Positions 49,928 to 60,814 of a DNA stretch of 64,000 bases are shown here, piece after piece. The translations under genes were made by a program, and so were the position numbers. This stretch comes from Terriglobia bacterium. Its GTDB lineage: Bacteria; Acidobacteriota; Terriglobia; 2-12-FULL-54-10. The stretch is from NCBI GenBank assembly GCA_963666975.2, contig CAXVYR010000003.1, positions 1,056,001-1,120,000 of the forward strand, read 5' to 3'. The notes under the pieces were generated by a model, which saw only the letters and a list, made by a program, of their open reading frames with translations, had not been told where the DNA came from and ran no database searches. Each line of letters begins with the position of its first letter. Position 1 is the stretch's first letter.

Positions 49928-50692
49928 ATGCCATTCGCCATCCAGGCCCTTATCTTTTTTGCAGCTGGCGGCGTCGCCGGGATCATCAACTCCATGGCGG
50001 GCGGCGGTATTCTTGTCAGCTTCCCGGCGCTGGTTTTTTCCGGAGCGTCGGCCATCGGCGCGACGGCCACAAGCAAGCTGGCGTTGCTGGTAGGCGGCAT
50101 GGGTTCGCTGTGGTCTTACCGCCGCGAGTTCGCCTCGCAAAAAAAATGGGCCTGGCGTTTCGGCCCTCCCAGCCTTCTCGGAGGTTTATGCGGCGCAGCC
50201 CTGCTTCTTTATACCGGCGAGGCCAGATTCAGGAACATTGTTCCTTACCTGATTCTATTCGCAACCACGCTATTCATCTTGCAACATAAAGTCTCGCATT
50301 GGCTGCAAATTGAAGCCGACACCATACAGCACTCGCGTTTCGGCCTTACCCTCGCCCTGTTCTTTCAGTTTTGCGTGGGCCTGTACGCCGGATATTTCGG
50401 AGCCGGAATCGGCATTCTGATGCTTGCAGCGCTCGGCATTCTCGGCCAGAAAAATATCCATGAGATGAATTCGCTGAAGGTGCTCCTGGGTTCCCTGATG
50501 AACGGAATGGCCGCGGTCTATTTCGGTATCCAGGGAAACATCCTGTGGACGGAGGCCCTGGTGATGGCGGCAGGAGCACTGGCGGGAGGTTACGTGGGAC
50601 CTAAACTGGCACGGAGGCTGGGCCCTGCCACAGTGCGTACGTTCGTCTCCATGGTGGGGCTCGGGATTGGGCTCTACTTCCTATTGCAGTAA
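49928..50692 (+). CDS. TauE/SafE (TSUP) family transporter
   Basis: AGIINSMAGGG, YAGYFGAGIGILML, multi-TM. Confidence 0.88.
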   Translation: MPFAIQALIFFAAGGVAGIINSMAGGGILVSFPALVFSGASAIGATATSKLALLVGGMGSLWSYRREFASQKKWAWRFGPPSLLGGLCGAALLLYTGEARFRNIVPYLILFATTLFILQHKVSHWLQIEADTIQHSRFGLTLALFFQFCVGLYAGYFGAGIGILMLAALGILGQKNIHEMNSLKVLLGSLMNGMAAVYFGIQGNILWTEALVMAAGALAGGYVGPKLARRLGPATVRTFVSMVGLGIGLYFLLQ

Positions 50693-50895
50693 CCCTGTAT
50701 GGCAGTAATCCGCAGCAGCAGTGTTTTGTAAGCGGGCCAAGCGCGCCGTTTCCCGAAGGCGCCCTTGGTAATCGAATGGAAACCAAAAAGCCACCAGGGC
50801 ATGCTTTAGCCAATCGCCATGCCAACAGCAATATTGCAAGCTGAAATTCCGCTTGTTATCATCTACGAGTATCTTCAATAATCGTCGCGGCGAAA

Positions 50896-51576
50896 ATGAA
50901 ATCCGTTCCATTCACTGAGAAACAAAAAATACTGTTGAAGGAACTTCTCCAGGCGGGCGCCGTCCTGACCGGCGACGCCGTCCGTGCTCGCTTTGGCTTA
51001 AATTCCCCCATCTATTTCGACCTGCGGGAAAACTTATATGCACGGCCCGGCTTGCTTTGGAAGGTAGGCGGGGAATTTGCTCGTAAGATTTCTGAATTGA
51101 CATGCAACAGCCAGACGCCGCAGTGTGTTGTCGGCGTTCCGGACACCGCTACTCCGCTGGCGCTAGCCGCCGCCCTGTATGCATGGAAGGAGCAACTCCG
51201 CCCCCCGATCTCTTATGCCCTGCTGCGGAAAGAGGGGAAACAGTATCCGGGCATGCCCTTGACCCATTGGATCGGAAGGAAGGACGCCGCCGCTTGCGAG
51301 TACAACCTGATCGACGACGTGGTTGCCTCCGGACTGACCAAACGCACAGCAGCACAGAAGATGCAACAGGAAGGGGTCCCCGTTCGGCGTATCATCGTCC
51401 TGTTTGACCGCCAGCAAGGAGACGGCCTCAGCAGCGAGGGATTTGAATTGCACGGAATCTTCCCGGTACGGGACGTCTTGGATTTCTATTTAAGTGAAAA
51501 ACTCATCAGCCCGGAGGAGCACGAAAAAATTCGCCGGTTCCTCCGCTCCCGGCGGTTTGATTCTGCGGCCGTATAG
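50896..51576 (+). CDS. Orotate phosphoribosyltransferase-like type I PRTase
   Basis: SPIYFDLR, GVPDTATPLA, LRKEGK, LIDDVVASG, FDRQQG. Confidence 0.75.
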   Translation: MKSVPFTEKQKILLKELLQAGAVLTGDAVRARFGLNSPIYFDLRENLYARPGLLWKVGGEFARKISELTCNSQTPQCVVGVPDTATPLALAAALYAWKEQLRPPISYALLRKEGKQYPGMPLTHWIGRKDAAACEYNLIDDVVASGLTKRTAAQKMQQEGVPVRRIIVLFDRQQGDGLSSEGFELHGIFPVRDVLDFYLSEKLISPEEHEKIRRFLRSRRFDSAAV

Positions 51577-51709
51577 AAACAGCCGCAGGTCTCGGCCAAT
51601 TTTTAGAGTTGCTCTACGGGGCCGGTGTGGAAACGGCTGCTGCGCGCTGACGGAAGAAGCGTTTGCTCGAAGCGGGCAGACTGCCAAAATAATCTAATAA
51701 GAGGAAATC

Positions 51710-52267
51710 ATGTCCATCTGGAAGTTTTTGGGATTGGAAACGGGCAAAACTGAAAAGAAGAGCACGGGAAACACCGGCTCCTCAGAAACAGAGACTGTTC
51801 GCAAGATTGTCGAGAAATTGGATTTGATGGAGCCGGAGCGTGCTCGCTACATCGCCTCCTTTGCTTACCTGCTGAGCCGTGTGGCTCACGCGGACATGCA
51901 CATCAGCAAAGAGGAGACGAGCGCAATGGAACGTATCGTCAAAGAAAGAGGCTCTCTCCCCGAAGAGCAAGCGATCCTTGTGGTCCAGATGGCCAAAACC
52001 CAGAGCCTCTTGTTTGGGCACACCGAAAACTTCCTGGTCACCCGGGAATTCCAGAAGATCGCCGCCCGCGAGCAGAAGCTTGCCTTGCTCGATTGCCTTT
52101 ACGCCGTTTCATCCGCGGACAGATCCATCTCTACGGTAGAAGACAACGAGATTCGCAAAATCTCCCGCGAGCTGCATCTCAGCCACCAGGACTTCATCGC
52201 CGTCCGCTTGCGCTACCGGGACTATCTGGCCGTGCTGCAGAAGCCTTCCACGCCGGAGAATGCCTGA
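51710..52267 (+). CDS. TerB-family protein
   Basis: RVAHADMHISKEE, AVSSADRSISTVEDNEIRKI. Confidence 0.82.
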   Translation: MSIWKFLGLETGKTEKKSTGNTGSSETETVRKIVEKLDLMEPERARYIASFAYLLSRVAHADMHISKEETSAMERIVKERGSLPEEQAILVVQMAKTQSLLFGHTENFLVTREFQKIAAREQKLALLDCLYAVSSADRSISTVEDNEIRKISRELHLSHQDFIAVRLRYRDYLAVLQKPSTPENA

Positions 52268-52279
52268 GCAGCAAAAAGC

Positions 52280-53146
52280 TCAGGAGCTTTTTGATCTTCT
52301 TTGGAGTAGATAGAAGTTGCCCGCCATTAAGACAATAGTTGCCGCCAAGCCGCCTTCCGGGCCGTAGTCACCCCCATGAAGCCAAATGTGATCTGGTGAA
52401 GGCACCGCCTGCCAGGGCATTTTGACCACTTCCATACCGCTGACGGGCATCCCCACGAGCGCTAAAGTCCAGTTCCAGGAAAAATGAAAACCGAGGGGTA
52501 GCCAGAGCGCCCGTGTCTTGAGGTAAGCGATGGAGAGCAAAACGCCGGCCAGCATTGTGTTCAGAGTGCTCAACTGGGTGGCGTTTGGATTGGCCGCGTG
52601 CAACCCTCCGAAGATCAGCGAGGAGATCGACACCGCGATAACAGGATTGGTTCCTTCCACCAGCCGCTGGAAGGGATACCCGCGAAACGCCAACTCTTCC
52701 CAGGTGACAGCCAGCACCATGACGCCCGTGATGACGGGCAAAGATGCGGAGGCGGAAACCGCACTGGTGCCCGACAATTGAAAATGAATGGACCCCATCG
52801 CCAATTCCATCAGGGTCACAGTCCCTACCAAAACAATTCCCACCGTTATGCCCAGGGCCGCCTCTCCGAGTGACTTCCGGGACCGCGCCAGTCCCACTGC
52901 CTGAAAGGGCTGGTGTTCAATCAGGTGCAACATCAGCCAGGTAGCCGCGCTGACCGTGGCAAGGTGTGAAACGCTGACGACCGCCAAAACTGTCATTTGA
53001 GAAGCGCCGGCAAGCTGCCGAATAAAAGCAAACGCCACGCCATCAAATACAATTACCGACACCAGGAAAAAGACAACAAACAGCAGCAGTCTCCACCCGG
53101 CGCGCAGGCGGCCATCCGGAAGTAAAAAGTATCGGCTACTATCCAT
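52280..53146 (-). CDS. CPBP/Abi family intramembrane metalloprotease
   Basis: EELAFRGY, FGGLH, LWLPLGFHFSWN. Confidence 0.88.
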   Translation of the reverse strand: MDSSRYFLLPDGRLRAGWRLLLFVVFFLVSVIVFDGVAFAFIRQLAGASQMTVLAVVSVSHLATVSAATWLMLHLIEHQPFQAVGLARSRKSLGEAALGITVGIVLVGTVTLMELAMGSIHFQLSGTSAVSASASLPVITGVMVLAVTWEELAFRGYPFQRLVEGTNPVIAVSISSLIFGGLHAANPNATQLSTLNTMLAGVLLSIAYLKTRALWLPLGFHFSWNWTLALVGMPVSGMEVVKMPWQAVPSPDHIWLHGGDYGPEGGLAATIVLMAGNFYLLQRRSKSS

Positions 53147-53222
53147 GAATTTCGGGAAACCGTCTTTCCGATGTGCCTGCCTTGCAGTGGACAGGCTCAC
53201 TCCGGCTCTGCAAGGACGCTCC

Positions 53223-54251
53223 TCAGGAGGCGGACAGGGCCCGTCGAGTTCCACTCCGCACTTTGAGGCCGGTGGCCGAGACTCGAAAAGGAAGCACGGA
53301 AGCGCCCGACCGGCGCAGAACAGCTTCGAGACGCGGCTTGGCTTCCGGCTCGGCCAGAAAAAGAACGCAGCCGCCTCCTCCGGCCCCGCAGGCTTTGGCG
53401 GCAAGGGCTCCGTTGCGGCGAGCGGCAGCCACTAACCGTTCGATTCCGGGAGTTGTAATCCCCGGACAGTTCTTCTTGCGTGTCGCCCACTCCTGGTTCA
53501 GCAACTCGCTGGTCCGCCGCCAGTCTTGTGCCTCCAGAGCCTGGCGCATCTCAGCGGCTATGGCCGCAATGCGGTCGAATTGGCGAATGACCCGCCGGTT
53601 GCCGTCCACATGGGCCTTCAAAACCTCCCAGTTGTTGACCCCGGAGTTGCGTGACTCGCCCGTATAGCACAAAAGGAACTGCTCACTCAATTGTTTGGAA
53701 GCTACCTTCAGCTTTTCGGGAACTACGCCGTGGGGCATCAACCGAATCGAGTGAGCCCCGCCGTATACGGCCGAATAATAATCCTGCTCTCCGGTGGGCA
53801 CACGGAGAACCTGCGCCTCCACATTGCGCGCTGTTTCAATCAACTTCGGCGAGGGCAACCTGCGGCCAGCAAACCGGCTGAGCGCGCCGCAAATGGCGAT
53901 GTTGAGGGCCGAGGAGCCGCCCAGACCGGACCCCGAAGGAACGTCGGAATCGGTAGCGAGCGTGAAGCCCCTCTGCGGTCCAAACGCCACCACCAAGCGT
54001 GCCAGCAGCGGCAATCGCCAGGATTTTACCTGCACCAGTGCGGCGAGTGAAGAGAAGCTTTCCCGGAGCCGGAGATCGTGAGACACGAACTCAATCGCTT
54101 TATCACGCCTCGCAGTCAAGCGGCAGCGAGCATAGTAATTGACCGCAAAGTTCAGAGTTTGAGCGTCTTTGTGGAACAGATACAGCGGCCATATATCCAG
54201 CGTGCCGCCGGCCAAGTCTACCCGCGCTGGGGCCATTGAATGGAGAGTCAT
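53223..54251 (-). CDS. GHMP kinase (HddA-like sugar kinase)
   Basis: APARVDLAGGTLD, PSGSGLGGSS, GEQDY, KACGAGGGG. Confidence 0.88.
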   Translation of the reverse strand: MTLHSMAPARVDLAGGTLDIWPLYLFHKDAQTLNFAVNYYARCRLTARRDKAIEFVSHDLRLRESFSSLAALVQVKSWRLPLLARLVVAFGPQRGFTLATDSDVPSGSGLGGSSALNIAICGALSRFAGRRLPSPKLIETARNVEAQVLRVPTGEQDYYSAVYGGAHSIRLMPHGVVPEKLKVASKQLSEQFLLCYTGESRNSGVNNWEVLKAHVDGNRRVIRQFDRIAAIAAEMRQALEAQDWRRTSELLNQEWATRKKNCPGITTPGIERLVAAARRNGALAAKACGAGGGGCVLFLAEPEAKPRLEAVLRRSGASVLPFRVSATGLKVRSGTRRALSAS

Positions 54252-54276
54252 TACTGCGTTAGAGTCGAATGGGGGC

Positions 54277-54483
54277 TTAGCTATTTTCAGGATTTCTTGC
54301 CCATGTAACTTCCAACAACACCCACTCTCCGAGGACTTCTTCTAATTGATTGCGGCAATCTTCCAGCAGGTCGCTGTTGGCCCAGACGCCTTTCAGACCG
54401 GGGATTTCTCCGAAGTAGGTGCCGTCCTCCAAGAGCTTGTATTTCGCCTGCCGTAGTTTTTTCTGAATATATCCAGTCAACAT
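54277..54483 (-). CDS. HicB-family antitoxin, orphan or truncated
   Basis: MLTGYI..A.Y.LLEDGTYFGEIPGLKGVWAN...LEDCR..LEEVL. Confidence 0.72.
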   Translation of the reverse strand: MLTGYIQKKLRQAKYKLLEDGTYFGEIPGLKGVWANSDLLEDCRNQLEEVLGEWVLLEVTWARNPENS

Positions 54484-54552
54484 GGATATCGGCCAGTTCT
54501 AAAGAGAACCCTCAACAACTCAAGCTGTCGTATTGCTTGGAATTGGCGGTAT

Positions 54553-54603
54553 GGCTAAAGCCGCGCCTCGACGGTTTTGACCGCTCCCTAACGGTCGCAG
54601 CTC
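54553..54603. repeat. REP-like palindromes downstream of secA
   Basis: GGCTAAAGCCGCGCCT and CCGCTCCCTAACGGTCGCAGCTC resemble units at 30708-30733 and 30857-30880. Confidence 0.5.
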
Positions 54604-54626
54604 GGATGGCCGCCAGTTCGGCGGCG

Positions 54627-57600
54627 CTACGCCGCCGCCCCATGGCATTTCTTGTACTTCTTGCCGCTCCCGCAGGGACAGGGTTGGTTGCGGCCCACCT
54701 TCTCGCTCGTCCGCACCACCGTTTTGACGGCGGGAGAGCCGTCCTCGGCGCCGCTCAATATCATCTCCGCCTGCTGTTTGCGCTGGCGGCGCTCGATCTC
54801 CCGAACCTGCTCCTCCTCCTGCACCGGCTGCATCAGGAACAGGTACCGAATGACCTCTTCGTCGATGCGGTTCATCATGGCCTGGAACATCTGGTAGGAT
54901 TCTTTCTTGTACTCGATCAAGGGGTCTTTCTGACCGTAACCGCGCAGGCCAATTCCTTCTTTCAGGTCGTCCATCGACAGCAAGTGATATTTCCACTGGC
55001 TATCCACCACTTGCAGCAGGATCATCCGCTCGTGCCAGCGCATCACGTCCGGCGTGAGTTGGACTTCCTTCTCGTCGTACTTGCGGCGGAGTTTTTCAAA
55101 CAAGGCCGCGGTCAGCTCATCTTGATTCAGTTGAGTGGGATCAACCCCTTCGGCCCGCAGATCCAAGCCGAACTGGGTAAAAAAGCTGTTTCGCAGCCCC
55201 TTCAGGTCCCATTCATCGGGATGAATATCCTTGGCGCAGTGGGTCTCGACAAACTCTTTTGCCACATCCTCGGCAATCCCCAGGACGTATTCTTTTTGAT
55301 CCTCGCTCTCCAGGATTTGGCGGCGCAGGCCGTAAACGGCGGTGCGCTGCCGGTTCATGACATCATCGTATTCCAGCAGATGCTTGCGGGCCTCAAAGTT
55401 TTGTCCTTCCACGGCCTTCTGTGCCGCATGGATCCGCTTGGTAATCAGCCTGGATTCAATCGGCACGCCCTCTTCCATCCCCAGCTTTTGCATGATGCCG
55501 CTGACCCGCTCGCCCGCAAAGATGCGCAACAGGTCGTCCTCCAGAGACAGATAGAAGCGGGAGCTGCCCGGGTCCCCTTGCCGGCCGGAGCGCCCTCGCA
55601 ACTGGTTGTCAATCCGCCGCGCTTCATGCCGCTCCGTCCCGATGATATGCAAGCCGCCCAGCGCCACCACCTCCGCGTGTTCTTTCTCCACGGCAGGTTG
55701 AAAGCGCACAGTGGCCTCCTGCCACTGCTCCGCCGTGGCGCTTTCCGGGGCAATGCTGTGTTTGCGCAGGTAGTCTCTGGCCAGGAACTCCGGGTTGCCG
55801 CCGAGCAGGATATCCGTGCCGCGCCCGGCCATGTTGGTGGCAATGGTAACGGCTCCCTTCCGTCCGGCCTGGGCCACGATCTCCGCTTCCTTGGCGTGAT
55901 ACTTGGCGTTCAGAACCACATGCTTGATGCCGGTTTTCTTCAGCAGGCTGCTGAGGCGCTCGGACCGTTCAATGGAAACGGTTCCCACCAGCACGGGCTG
56001 GCCCTTCTGGTGCAACTCCTGTATCTCCGCGACCGCGGCGTCGAACTTCTCGCGCTCGGTGCGGAAAACCACGTCGGGATTCTCCTGCCGACGCAACGGC
56101 TGGTTTGTCGGAATGACGGATACTTCCAGGTTGTAGGTCTTCTCGAACTCCGCCGCCTCGGTTTCGGCCGTGCCCGTCATGCCGGCAAGTTTCGAGTACA
56201 TGCGGAAGTAATTCTGGAAGGTGACGGTCGCGAGCGTTTGCGTTTGCCGCTCTATCTTCACGCCTTCTTTGGCCTCTATAGATTCGTGCAGTCCGTCGCT
56301 CCAACGCCGCCCCGGCATCAGGCGTCCGGTAAACTCATCGACGATGATTACAGCGTTGTCCACGATGACGTATTCGTCATCCTTCTCATACAGCACGTAC
56401 GCCTTAAGCAACTGCCGGATGGCTTCGTTCTTAGCCCATCGCTGCTCGGCCAGATGGGGAACCCGGGCGATGAGATTCGCCTTCTCTTCCTCCTCCATAT
56501 CCGTTCGCGCTTCAATCTTCCGGACCTGGTCATCCACGTCGAGAATGGAAAAGGAGTCATACGATTGCTGCATCTCGCGCAGCGCCTGCGTTTTCTCCTC
56601 CGGCGTCAATTCGGAATTTTCTTCAATTTCCTGGGTCTCCCAAGCCAGATCGGCCTTGGCCAACTCATCCATCAGGGTGGACCCCAATTGCATCCGTCCC
56701 AGAGAATTCAGGTCCACGATACGGGACTTTTCGTTGACGGTGAAGTAGAGAGGCTCCAGCAGCTCCCTTTCGTAATCTCCCGAGAGCTGCTTTTCCACCT
56801 TCCCGGTGAGGTGTTTGATGCTGGGGTTCTCCAATAGTTCCAGCAGCGGCTTGAACTTCGGGGCGCCTCGCTTGGCCTGTACCAGCTTTTGGCTGGCCAG
56901 CTCGCGCGACTCCTCGTCTCCCTCCAGCAATTGTTTGGCCTGCTGCACCAGCCCGTTTACCAAGCCGAGTTGCTTGTTGACCAGCTTCTCCACCAACGGC
57001 TTCAGTTCTTTGAAATACGTGGGGGCGTGGTGTTCGGCTGTTCCGCTGATAATCAGGGGCGTCCGCGCCTCATCGACCAAAATGGAGTCCACCTCGTCCA
57101 CGATGCCGAAAGGATGCCCTCGCTGCACGCAGTCGCGCAGGTCAAACTTCATGTTGTCGCGCAAATAGTCAAAACCAAACTCGTTGTTGGTTCCATAGGT
57201 GACATCGCAGGCGTAGGCCTCACGGTGCTGTTGCTCGTCCATGTCGTGGACAATCACCCCCACGGTCAGGCCCAGCGATTTGTAGATCTTCCCCATCCAT
57301 TCCGAGTCGCGCCGTGCCAGGTAGTCGTTGACTGTGACTACATGGACGCCCTTTCCCTCCAACGAGTTGAGATAGACAGCCAGCGTGGCAACCAGGGTTT
57401 TTCCCTCGCCGGTTTTCATCTCGGCAATCTTGCCGCGGTGCAGAACAATACCGCCGTAGAGCTGCACGTCAAAGTGGCGCATGGCGAGCGTCCGGCGGCC
57501 CGCCTCCCGCACCACCGCAAAGGCATCGACCAGCAGGTCATCCAAGGTTTCGCCCGCAGCCAGCCGCTTGCGAAACTCTTCGGTCTTGGCCCGCAGTTGC

Positions 57601-57722
57601 TCGTCGGAAAGGCGCTCGAGCCCCGGCGACTGTTCGCCGATGGCCCGAACCAACGGGTCCATCCGCTTGAGATCGCGCTCATTCTTTGTGCCGATTACTT
57701 TAGCTAGTAAAGAACCAATCAT
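54627..57722 (-). CDS. secA: Preprotein translocase ATPase SecA with expanded PPXD
   Basis: [76 protein letters not shown]. Confidence 0.97.
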   Translation of the reverse strand: MIGSLLAKVIGTKNERDLKRMDPLVRAIGEQSPGLERLSDEQLRAKTEEFRKRLAAGETLDDLLVDAFAVVREAGRRTLAMRHFDVQLYGGIVLHRGKIAEMKTGEGKTLVATLAVYLNSLEGKGVHVVTVNDYLARRDSEWMGKIYKSLGLTVGVIVHDMDEQQHREAYACDVTYGTNNEFGFDYLRDNMKFDLRDCVQRGHPFGIVDEVDSILVDEARTPLIISGTAEHHAPTYFKELKPLVEKLVNKQLGLVNGLVQQAKQLLEGDEESRELASQKLVQAKRGAPKFKPLLELLENPSIKHLTGKVEKQLSGDYERELLEPLYFTVNEKSRIVDLNSLGRMQLGSTLMDELAKADLAWETQEIEENSELTPEEKTQALREMQQSYDSFSILDVDDQVRKIEARTDMEEEEKANLIARVPHLAEQRWAKNEAIRQLLKAYVLYEKDDEYVIVDNAVIIVDEFTGRLMPGRRWSDGLHESIEAKEGVKIERQTQTLATVTFQNYFRMYSKLAGMTGTAETEAAEFEKTYNLEVSVIPTNQPLRRQENPDVVFRTEREKFDAAVAEIQELHQKGQPVLVGTVSIERSERLSSLLKKTGIKHVVLNAKYHAKEAEIVAQAGRKGAVTIATNMAGRGTDILLGGNPEFLARDYLRKHSIAPESATAEQWQEATVRFQPAVEKEHAEVVALGGLHIIGTERHEARRIDNQLRGRSGRQGDPGSSRFYLSLEDDLLRIFAGERVSGIMQKLGMEEGVPIESRLITKRIHAAQKAVEGQNFEARKHLLEYDDVMNRQRTAVYGLRRQILESEDQKEYVLGIAEDVAKEFVETHCAKDIHPDEWDLKGLRNSFFTQFGLDLRAEGVDPTQLNQDELTAALFEKLRRKYDEKEVQLTPDVMRWHERMILLQVVDSQWKYHLLSMDDLKEGIGLRGYGQKDPLIEYKKESYQMFQAMMNRIDEEVIRYLFLMQPVQEEEQVREIERRQRKQQAEMILSGAEDGSPAVKTVVRTSEKVGRNQPCPCGSGKKYKKCHGAAA

Positions 57723-58555
57723 AGGTTTTCCATACTATTATATGGGGGTTGCGGGTACGCGACAAGACGGGAGTCTCCTGGCAGACCATACCGACGCCTG
57801 GTTGGCCGCCTAGGGGAGCCTGAGCTTCGCGTTCCGGGGCAGTCAGCGACATCGTGTCCTGTGCGGTGACCTGTGCGGCAACTTGTGCGGTAATAAAGAT
57901 ACGAAAGCCCTAAAAAAAACAGCCCGATGGCCCATCCTCCCAGCACGTCACTCGGCCAGTGGGCTCCCAGATAGACGCGGCTGTAACCGACCGCAAGAGG
58001 CAAAACCGTAAACAAAAACAGCAACAATATTCTCAAGACGCCCGCCAAGGACCGGGCAGCAGGCCGCAAGGTTGGGCCCGCCAGCAAGATCAACAGGAAG
58101 AAAAATACATATAAGGATTCGGCCGCATGTCCGCTGGGAAAGGCATTTCCGGAAGCCGGCACAAAAGACGGAACCGGCGGGCGGTTCCGCGCCACCAGCC
58201 ATTTTAGCAATGCTACGGTAGAGGTAGTCATGCCCCACCCCAAGACAAGCCACACGGCAGTCGCTTTTTGCTTCCCCGCCCATAACAGCAAGCTCAGTCC
58301 CACTACAGCCGGAGCCAGGTAGCGATTCGACCCAAGAATGCTGATGAGCCTCCAGAACAACACTGCACCGGCATCGCTTCCCTGATAAATCACAAGAAGC
58401 AGATCGCTGTCATAGCTCCATGCAAGAAAGGCGGCCAAGCCCAGCAGCGCGAGACACCACCCCAGCAGGAGATGTTCCAACAGCATGGAGGAACCCGGCA
58501 AACGGGCCATTCGGTTGCCAGAAGCTGAACCCAAATTAGTCATCCGGAAAGCCAC
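57719..58555 (-). CDS. PAP2-family phosphatase
   Basis: [28 protein letters not shown]; start uncertain. Confidence 0.85.
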   Translation of the reverse strand: MAFRMTNLGSASGNRMARLPGSSMLLEHLLLGWCLALLGLAAFLAWSYDSDLLLVIYQGSDAGAVLFWRLISILGSNRYLAPAVVGLSLLLWAGKQKATAVWLVLGWGMTTSTVALLKWLVARNRPPVPSFVPASGNAFPSGHAAESLYVFFFLLILLAGPTLRPAARSLAGVLRILLLFLFTVLPLAVGYSRVYLGAHWPSDVLGGWAIGLFFLGLSYLYYRTSCRTGHRTGHDVADCPGTRSSGSPRRPTRRRYGLPGDSRLVAYPQPPYNSMENL

Positions 58556-58920
58556 AATCAGATTCTGTGTTCCGCCAGCAACTCCAGCAGAAGAAGTTCC
58601 CGATACAGAGCGCTCACTCTGCGAGCCTTGTCCTTTTTCATGATCGATTCAGGGTAGTGAAAGCTCAGGAGCGGGTCAAGGGTTGCCCCAGGATGCTTTG
58701 CGAACTTCACTCCAACCGGGAAGCTGATTGGGTCCACCTTCCGCCAGCTAAAGACGTTGTTCTATTTCGGGTTGTTTGCTAGCCTGAGAGTTTCGCGGAA
58801 GCAACAAAGCTAAAGCAACAGGGCACTATCTTGCTCCCGGACGCAAAGAGCGCTGCAAAGTAGTGGTGCAAAAAAAGTCGTGCTGCAAAAAGCGATTCTA
58901 AAAAACCCGGAGAGCCAATC

Positions 58921-59058
58921 ATGAGCCAAAATCTGGAAGAAGAAAAACCTCCCTTCTTTAGCACATGGCGGCGGCTCTATATTGCCGTGCTCGGCTATCT
59001 CTGTGTGCTGATCTTCTTATTCTACGCATTCACCGAAGCCTTTAACTTTCCCTCATGA
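58921..59058 (+). CDS. 45-aa single-TM protein coupled to the SSS transporter
   Basis: MSQNLEEEKPPFFSTWRRLYIAVLGYLCVLIFLFYAFTEAFNFPS; GGAG RBS; ATGA overlap; below the ORF-track size cutoff. Confidence 0.75.
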   Translation: MSQNLEEEKPPFFSTWRRLYIAVLGYLCVLIFLFYAFTEAFNFPS

Positions 59059-60773
59059 GATCACTCGACTGGGTTGTTTTAGTCCTCTTCCTTCTCTGGA
59101 TTGTCGGCTACGGCCTCTATAAGGGCCGCACCCGGAGCAATACGATCCGGGGATATCTGCTGGCGGACAAAAGCATGCCCTGGTGGGCCATGGGACTATC
59201 TATCATGGCCACACAGGCCAGCGCCATCACCTTCATCGGCACCACGGGGCAAGCCTACGTGGATGGGATGCGCTTCTTGCAGTTCTACTTCGGGCTGCCG
59301 ATTGCCATGGTGATCATCGCCGCCATCGTGGTTCCCCGCTTTCACAAAGCGAACGTCGTCACCGCCTACGAGTATCTGGAACAGCGGTTCGACGCAAAGA
59401 CTCGCCTGGCGACGAGCATAATCTTTCTGATCCAGCGAGGCTTGGGCGTGGGGCTGGCGCTCTACGCTCCCGCCGTGGTCCTTTCCCTGATCCTTGGCTG
59501 GAGCGAGCAGGTTACCGTCATCGTCATGGCAGCCGTCGTCATCGCCTATGCCGTGCCGGGCGGCATCCGCGCGGTTACATGGACCGATGTGCAGCAGATG
59601 ATGCTGATCTTTGTAGGTCTCGTTGTGGCCTTTTTAACCGCAATCCTGTTGCTTCCGCCAGATGTCTCGGTGGGCGATGCTTTTTATCTGGCAGGAGCCT
59701 CCGGCAGACTGAACGCAGTGGACCTGTCGTTCGACCTGAACAACCGCTACAACCTGTGGTCCGGGCTGTTCGGAGGAATGTTTTTGGCCCTGGCCTATTT
59801 CGGCACCGATCAGTCGCAGGTGCAGCGCTACCTGCAAGGCAAGTCGATCGGCCACAGCCGCAACAGCCTGATCTTTAACGCCTGCGCCAAATTGCCGCTG
59901 CAATTTTTTATTCTGCTGACCGGAACGATGGTCTTCGTCTTCTACCAATTCGAGCAGCCTCCCATGCTGTTTAACCAAGCCGAGGCTGTCAAGATTGAGC
60001 GTCAGGAGGGAACCCCTCTGGCCGGACGCTATGAACTGGCTCAGGAAAAATACAGGCAGGCCCACGAACAGCGCCAGCAGGTGGCGAGGCGGCTGCTCCA
60101 GGACAGACACAGCAGCACCGGCTCCCCCCTTGGCGCAAACCCTTCCTCTGGCCCCCAGCAGTTGCAGGCTGCCAACCAGGCTGTGGAAGACGCCCGACAG
60201 GAAGGGATTCAACTGCTGCGTGAGGTAAATCCGGAAAATGAATACAACGACACCAATTACATCTTTCTGAATTTCGTGACCAACTATTTCCCGATGGGCG
60301 TCGTAGGGCTTATCATTGCGGCCATCTTCGCCGCCGCGATGTCCAGCATCTCCTCGGAACTAAACTCGCTTTCTACCACCACGGTCATCGATCTCTACCG
60401 CCGTCACTGGAAACGGCAGGCTCCGGATGCACACTATGTTCGGGTCGCCAAGATGGGGACCGCCTTCTGGGGCGTTTACGCAGCTGTTTTTGCTAGCTTT
60501 GTCGGAGGGATCGGTTCGTTGATTGAAGCCGTCAACAGCATCGGGTCGCTATTCTATGGCTCCGTGCTGGGGGTCTTCGTCCTTGCTTTCGGTTTCCCGC
60601 GAGCCACAGGCAACGGGGCATTTATTGGATTAATTGTAGGCGAGATCGCTGTGATCGCGACCAGCGTTTTTACGGACGTCTCGTTTCTTTGGTACAACGT
60701 GATCGGGTGTTTGGTAGTGGTGGGAGTGGGGATGGCGGTCAGTGCCGCCGGTAAGAGGGCCACCGGGCGCTGA
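59055..60773 (+). CDS. Sodium:solute symporter family protein
   Basis: SIMATQASAITF, TAYEYLEQRFD, YFGTDQSQVQRYL, AAAMSS. Confidence 0.92.
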   Translation: MRSLDWVVLVLFLLWIVGYGLYKGRTRSNTIRGYLLADKSMPWWAMGLSIMATQASAITFIGTTGQAYVDGMRFLQFYFGLPIAMVIIAAIVVPRFHKANVVTAYEYLEQRFDAKTRLATSIIFLIQRGLGVGLALYAPAVVLSLILGWSEQVTVIVMAAVVIAYAVPGGIRAVTWTDVQQMMLIFVGLVVAFLTAILLLPPDVSVGDAFYLAGASGRLNAVDLSFDLNNRYNLWSGLFGGMFLALAYFGTDQSQVQRYLQGKSIGHSRNSLIFNACAKLPLQFFILLTGTMVFVFYQFEQPPMLFNQAEAVKIERQEGTPLAGRYELAQEKYRQAHEQRQQVARRLLQDRHSSTGSPLGANPSSGPQQLQAANQAVEDARQEGIQLLREVNPENEYNDTNYIFLNFVTNYFPMGVVGLIIAAIFAAAMSSISSELNSLSTTTVIDLYRRHWKRQAPDAHYVRVAKMGTAFWGVYAAVFASFVGGIGSLIEAVNSIGSLFYGSVLGVFVLAFGFPRATGNGAFIGLIVGEIAVIATSVFTDVSFLWYNVIGCLVVVGVGMAVSAAGKRATGR

Positions 60774-60814
60774 GCTTTGGGGATAGGACAGAAATTGACG
60801 GTGAACTTCTTCCG

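Noticed and set aside
51710-53146. TerB plus CPBP/Abi as a defence locus
   Set aside because: Convergent genes in a housekeeping context; both families are common outside defence islands.
54537-56837. 766-aa plus-strand ORF
   Set aside because: Antisense shadow of secA. The same applies to long ORFs opposite cysS, the aminotransferase and the Aas-like gene.
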